Positions 59,663-64,000 of a DNA stretch of 64,000 nt are shown in pieces. Numbering within the stretch: position 1 is the first letter of the stretch; each line of letters begins with the position of its first letter. The notes under the pieces are model-generated. The model was not told where the DNA came from and ran no database searches. It saw nothing but the letters and a program-made list of their open reading frames with translations. Position numbers and translations under genes: made by a program. This DNA is from Malacoraja senta (lineage: Eukaryota). Location: positions 7,132,001 to 7,196,000 of the forward strand of contig CM075995.1 in NCBI GenBank assembly GCA_038087875.1, read 5' to 3'.

Positions 59663-61277
59663 ATAGACAATAGACAATAGGTGCAGGAGTAGGCCATTCG
59701 GCCCTTCGAGCCAGCATCGCCATTCAATGTGATCATGGCTGATCATCCACAATCTATACCCCGTTCCTGCCTTCTCCCCATATCACCTGACTCCGCTATC
59801 TTTAAGAGCTCTATCTAACTCACTCTTGAAAGTAGCAATGTTACAAAATTTTGAGATTTTAAAAATAAAGTCTGCAATTTATCCCATCAGATAAAGCATA
59901 AAAAGAAGTTTAATTTGACACCCAATTCACTTTCATATCTTCAGTATTAAAGAAGTTATGGCCATTTTCATACTCGGAAATTAGCATCTTGTTCCCTATT
60001 GCTTTTCCATTGTCTTAACACAAAAGCTGTGATCGAGGACAGTTAAAAGCCCATAACTTTCTTAAAAGTTAAGATAACTGAAAGAAATTTTCAGTTATTA
60101 TAGATTGAAGCATTCTGAAACAAACATGAAACAATCTTACTTAGAAGACATGAAAGTAAAGCATATAATTATTTAGTTACCTAATTGTAGCTAATTACAA
60201 AATTCAATTACTAGATCTAAACATCTATCAATTTCTTAAGAATAGATTAACATTTTTAAATAGCCTAAGTGTCCAAATAACATTCACACAATAATTCACA
60301 ATATAACATAATTTTTAAATCTAATTTTCATGAATTTACAGGCCAAATGGCAGGAATTGAATGTTTAATACCTGTAAATTAATGGGCATTTAAATCATCT
60401 TGTGAGTGAGGATTTCAGGAACGCGATCTTTTGGAACGTTGATTTGCGGTGAATTTAACCCCGTATTGGCATGAAAAATACTGCCGTTAATTCGGGGAAT
60501 AAAATCACCGTGTCGCATGAAAAAATGTGAATTAAAGGCTTCTTAAGAAGCATTTTTATACATTTAAAGAAACCACTTTCGTTTACCTGTCCCGTGTGTG
60601 AAATCCGTCCCCGTTATCGGCGTTGACGCTTCAGGAGCTGATTTTAAAATTACTCCAGCGCTGACATTGACGATTTAATAAAAATAAAAAATACACAAAT
60701 CGCCACTAGGAACGATTCTTCAGCCAACGCTTGTACTCCAACAAAATATTAACCAGGACAAGGGGGGAGAAACCCGTGTTTTAACCCCGCCCCCCCTTAA
60801 AGGCGCCAAAGTCGCGCACACGGCCAGTGGCAGAATTACAGCGCGACTGAAGGTAAGTTTTGTAACATACCTATTGAAAGCATCCAGAGAATCGGCCTCC
60901 AAAGCTGAGGCAGAGAATTCCACAGATTCACAACTCTCTGGGTGAAAAAGGTTTTCCTCATCTCCGTTCTAAATGACTTACCCCTTATTCTTAAACTGTG
61001 GCCCCCTGGTTCTGGACTCCCCCAACATCCGGAACATGTTTCCTGCCTCTAGCGTGTCCAAAACCCTGAATAATCTTATATGTTTCAATAAGATTCCCTC
61101 TCATCCTTCTAAATTCCAGTGTATACAAGCCCAGTCGTTCTATTCTATCATATGACAGTCCCGCCATCCCGGGAATTAACCTCGTGAACCTACGCCGCAC
61201 TCCCTCAATAGCAAGAATGTTCTTCCTCAAATTGGGAGACAAAAACTGCACACAATACTCCAGGTGTGGTCTCACTA
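59663..61277 (-). mobile_element. CR1/HER1 3' fragment split by the 59833-60873 transposon
   Basis: LVRPHLEYCVQF..; DAFK|SELDRALK rejoined across the TSD. Confidence 0.88.
59833..60873 (-). mobile_element. Non-autonomous DNA transposon (hAT-like, 7-bp TSD)
   Basis: TAGCAATGTTACAA...TTGTAACATACCTA; TSD ttgaaag. Confidence 0.9.
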
Positions 61278-61281
61278 GGTA

Positions 61282-62108
61282 GGTGGCGCGACCCACGTCG
61301 CAGCGGCCTCTGCAGTCCGTCTGTCTTTTTTTATTTTTTTGTCTCGTTTGAGAGTAGTGTGTAGTGTTTTTTTAACTGGGTATGTGTGGGGGGTGGGTGG
61401 GGAAACTTTTAAAATCTTTTCCCTGTATGGAGGACCAGACCTTTCTCTGTCGGGTCTCCGTTGTCGTTGGGGCCTAGCACCGTGTAGCGGCCTCCAACCG
61501 GAACGACCTGGGGCTCCAGTCGCGGAGCCTGCGGACTACTCACCATCGTGGAGCTGGCCGAGTTCGGAGCGGGAGGAGCTGTGGTGGCGCGCGGCTGCGA
61601 CCCGACCCCGGAGATTCGGAGGCTCCAGCCGCAGGTCTGGTGGACGGTGACATAGGGAGCTCGCGGGTCCCTGGTGGGAGACCGCTTTTTGGGGCTCCCG
61701 CAACGGCAGCTACTCCCGCCCGAGTTGCGGGGTTGAAGATGGCCTGGAGCGGGGTCTTACATTGCCCGGCACGGCTTTAATGGCCGCGGGACTTGCTAGC
61801 GCCCGCCGGGGGCTCCAACATCAAGACCCGGAGCGCGGCCTTGCATCGCCCGGCGCGGCCTGAATGGCCGCGGGACTTACTTACCATCGCCCGCCGGGGG
61901 CTTTGACTTTGACATCAGGAGGAGAATGGGGAGTGCAGGGGAGAGATAAGACTTTGCCTTCCATCACAGTGAGGAGGAGATTCACTGTGATGGATGTTTG
62001 TGTAAATTGTGTTGTGTCTTGGTTCTTTTCTTGTTGTATGACTGCAGAAACAGAATTTCGTTTGAACTTCATTTGAGGTCCAAATGATAATAAACGGTAT
62101 TGTATTGT
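61282..62108 (+). mobile_element. CpG-rich non-coding retroposon, apparently full length, inserted in CR1
   Basis: Host CR1 ctcactagg|..|actagggccttgtac; hairpin 61956-61996; tail aatgataataaacgg(tattg)n. Confidence 0.7.
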
Positions 62109-63370
62109 ACTAGGGCCTTGTACAACTGCAGAAGGACCTCTTTGCTACAATACTCAACTCCTCTTGTTATGAAGGCCAACATGCCATTCGCTTTCTTCAC
62201 TGCCTGCTGTACCTGCATGCTTACTTTCAGTGACTGATGAACAAGGACCCCCAGATCCCGTTGTTCCTCCACTTTTCCCAACGAGAGATTATAGTAATGT
62301 TACTATCAAAGTAATGTTACTTTGAATCCCTTCATCTAAATCATTGACTGATGAATTAATTAATAGATGCCTAAAATTAATCAATTTATAGAACATAGAA
62401 CAATGCAGAATGTGGAAACAAGGAACTGCAGATTAGTTTAGTTTATTGTCACGTGTACCGAGGTACAGTGAAAAGCTTTTGTTGCGTGCTATCCTGTCAG
62501 CGGAAATACAATACTGATTACAATCGAGCCGTCCACCGTGTACAGATACATGATGAGGGAATGACGTTTACTGCAAGGCAAAGCCAGCAAAGTCCGATCA
62601 AGGATAGTCCGTGGGTCACCAATGTGGTAGATAGTAGTTCAGGACCGCTCTCTGGTTGCGGTAGGATGGTTCAGTTGCCTGATAACAGCTGGGAAGAAAC
62701 TGGTTGTGCTTTGTAATTTAAAAAAAGTTACAAAGTGCTGGAGTAACTCGGTGGGTCAGGCACCGGTTGCAGCCTGAAGAAAGGTCCCGATCCAAAACGT
62801 CATCTATCCATGTTCTCCAAGGATGTTGCCTGACCCGCAGTGTGACTCCAGCGCCTGTGCCTTTTATCTTTTCATCGGTCAGTACAGCACAGGAACAGGC
62901 CCTTCGGCCCACAATCTCCATGCAGACATTATGCCAAGGTAATTTAATCTCCTCTGCCTGCAAGTGATCCATATCCCTCCATTCCCTGCATATCCATGTG
63001 CCTATCCAAACGCCTCTTAAACGACACTATTGTATCTGCCATCACCACCACCCCTGGCAGTGTTCCAGGCACTCACCACCCTCTGTGTAAAAAAAAAAAT
63101 GCCCCACATATCTCTTTTAAATATTGCCACTCTCACCTAAAGTTATATCCTTTAGCCTTTGTCATTTCCATCCAAAGGTTCTGATTCTCTACCCTATCTA
63201 TACCTCTCATAATCTTCGATACTTCTTTCTCTCAGGTCTTCGCTTCAGCGTCCAATGCTCCAGATGAAACAATCCAAGTTTATTCGACCTCTTCTTGTAG
63301 CTTAAAAATCTCTAATCCAGGCCTCATCCAGTTTCCCTCCCCTCCCCCCCCCCCCCCCCCGACTCTCAGT

Positions 63371-63398
63371 CTGAAGAAGGGTCTCGACCCGAAACGTC
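63371..63398 (+). ncRNA. Hammerhead core in a Penelope terminal repeat
   Basis: CUGAAGA A GGGU-CUCG-ACCC GAAA CG UC; stem I only 2 bp. Confidence 0.55.
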
Positions 63399-63507
63399 AC
63401 CCATTCTTTCTCTCCAGAGATGCTGCCTGTCCCGCTGAGTTACTCCAGCTTTTTGTGACTAAATTAAATGAAAATCCATAACACCGTCTGTTCATTCTCT
63501 CCAGAAA

Positions 63508-63793
63508 GGTGGCACGGTGGCGCAGCGGTAGACTTGCTGCTTTACAGAGCCTGAGACCCGGGTTCGATCCCGACTACGGGCGCTGTCTGTACGGAGTTTG
63601 TACGCTCTCCCCGTGACCTGCGAGGGATTTCTTCGGGAGTTTTGGTTTTACTCCCACACTCCAAAGACGTGCAGGTTTATTTGGCTAATATGTTCGGTGT
63701 AAGTGTAAGTTGTCCCGAGTGTGTGTAGGATAGCGTGTGTGTGTCGACACGGACTCGATGGGCAGAAGGGCCTGTTTCCGTACCGTATCTCTA
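63508..63793 (+). mobile_element. HE1-like V-SINE
   Basis: A box tggcgcagcgg, B box gggttcgatccc, V-domain. Confidence 0.88.
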
Positions 63794-64000
63794 GCTTTTT
63801 GTGTCTATCTGTTTCTCTTCTCCACAGATGCTGCCTGACCCGCTGAGTTACTCCAGCATTTTGTGTCTATCATGTTGGTAAATCACCGGTTTAGTTTAGA
63901 GATACAGCGCGGAAACTGGCCCTTCGGCCCACCGAGTCCGCACCGACCAGCGATCCCCGCACTGTCCTGCACACACTAGGGACAATTTACAATTTTGCTA

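Overview
Vertebrate genomic DNA, very probably from a cartilaginous fish (skate/ray-like; inferred from HE1-type V-SINEs and HER1/CR1 LINE fragments). It consists mostly of nested transposable elements, with two 200-N gaps. Recognisable elements: CR1/HER1, L2, Rex1/Babar, RTE and Tx1 LINE relics, a Penelope element (RT C-terminus plus GIY-YIG), an internally deleted Gypsy LTR element, Harbinger-type MITEs, hAT-like non-autonomous elements and many tRNA-derived V-SINEs. No intact host coding gene can be named and almost all listed ORFs are repeat-derived. The strongest novel-looking signals are RNA-structural. (1) A ~145-nt non-tRNA retroposon whose 5' end folds as a minimal HDV/CPEB3-like self-cleaving ribozyme; a second copy has its ribozyme 5' half expanded into a 26-bp array. 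(2) Many minimal hammerhead motifs in Penelope terminal repeats, with fold-back copies inverted at the core. (3) A hairpin with compensatory changes shared by several diverged CpG-rich non-coding retroposons. Also present are a DNA transposon with consistent 7-bp TSDs, a CpG promoter near 48.9 kb, a speculative minus-strand micro-exon gene, and a 7.3-kb duplication across a gap that is probably an assembly artefact. All coordinates and folds were read by eye, not computed.
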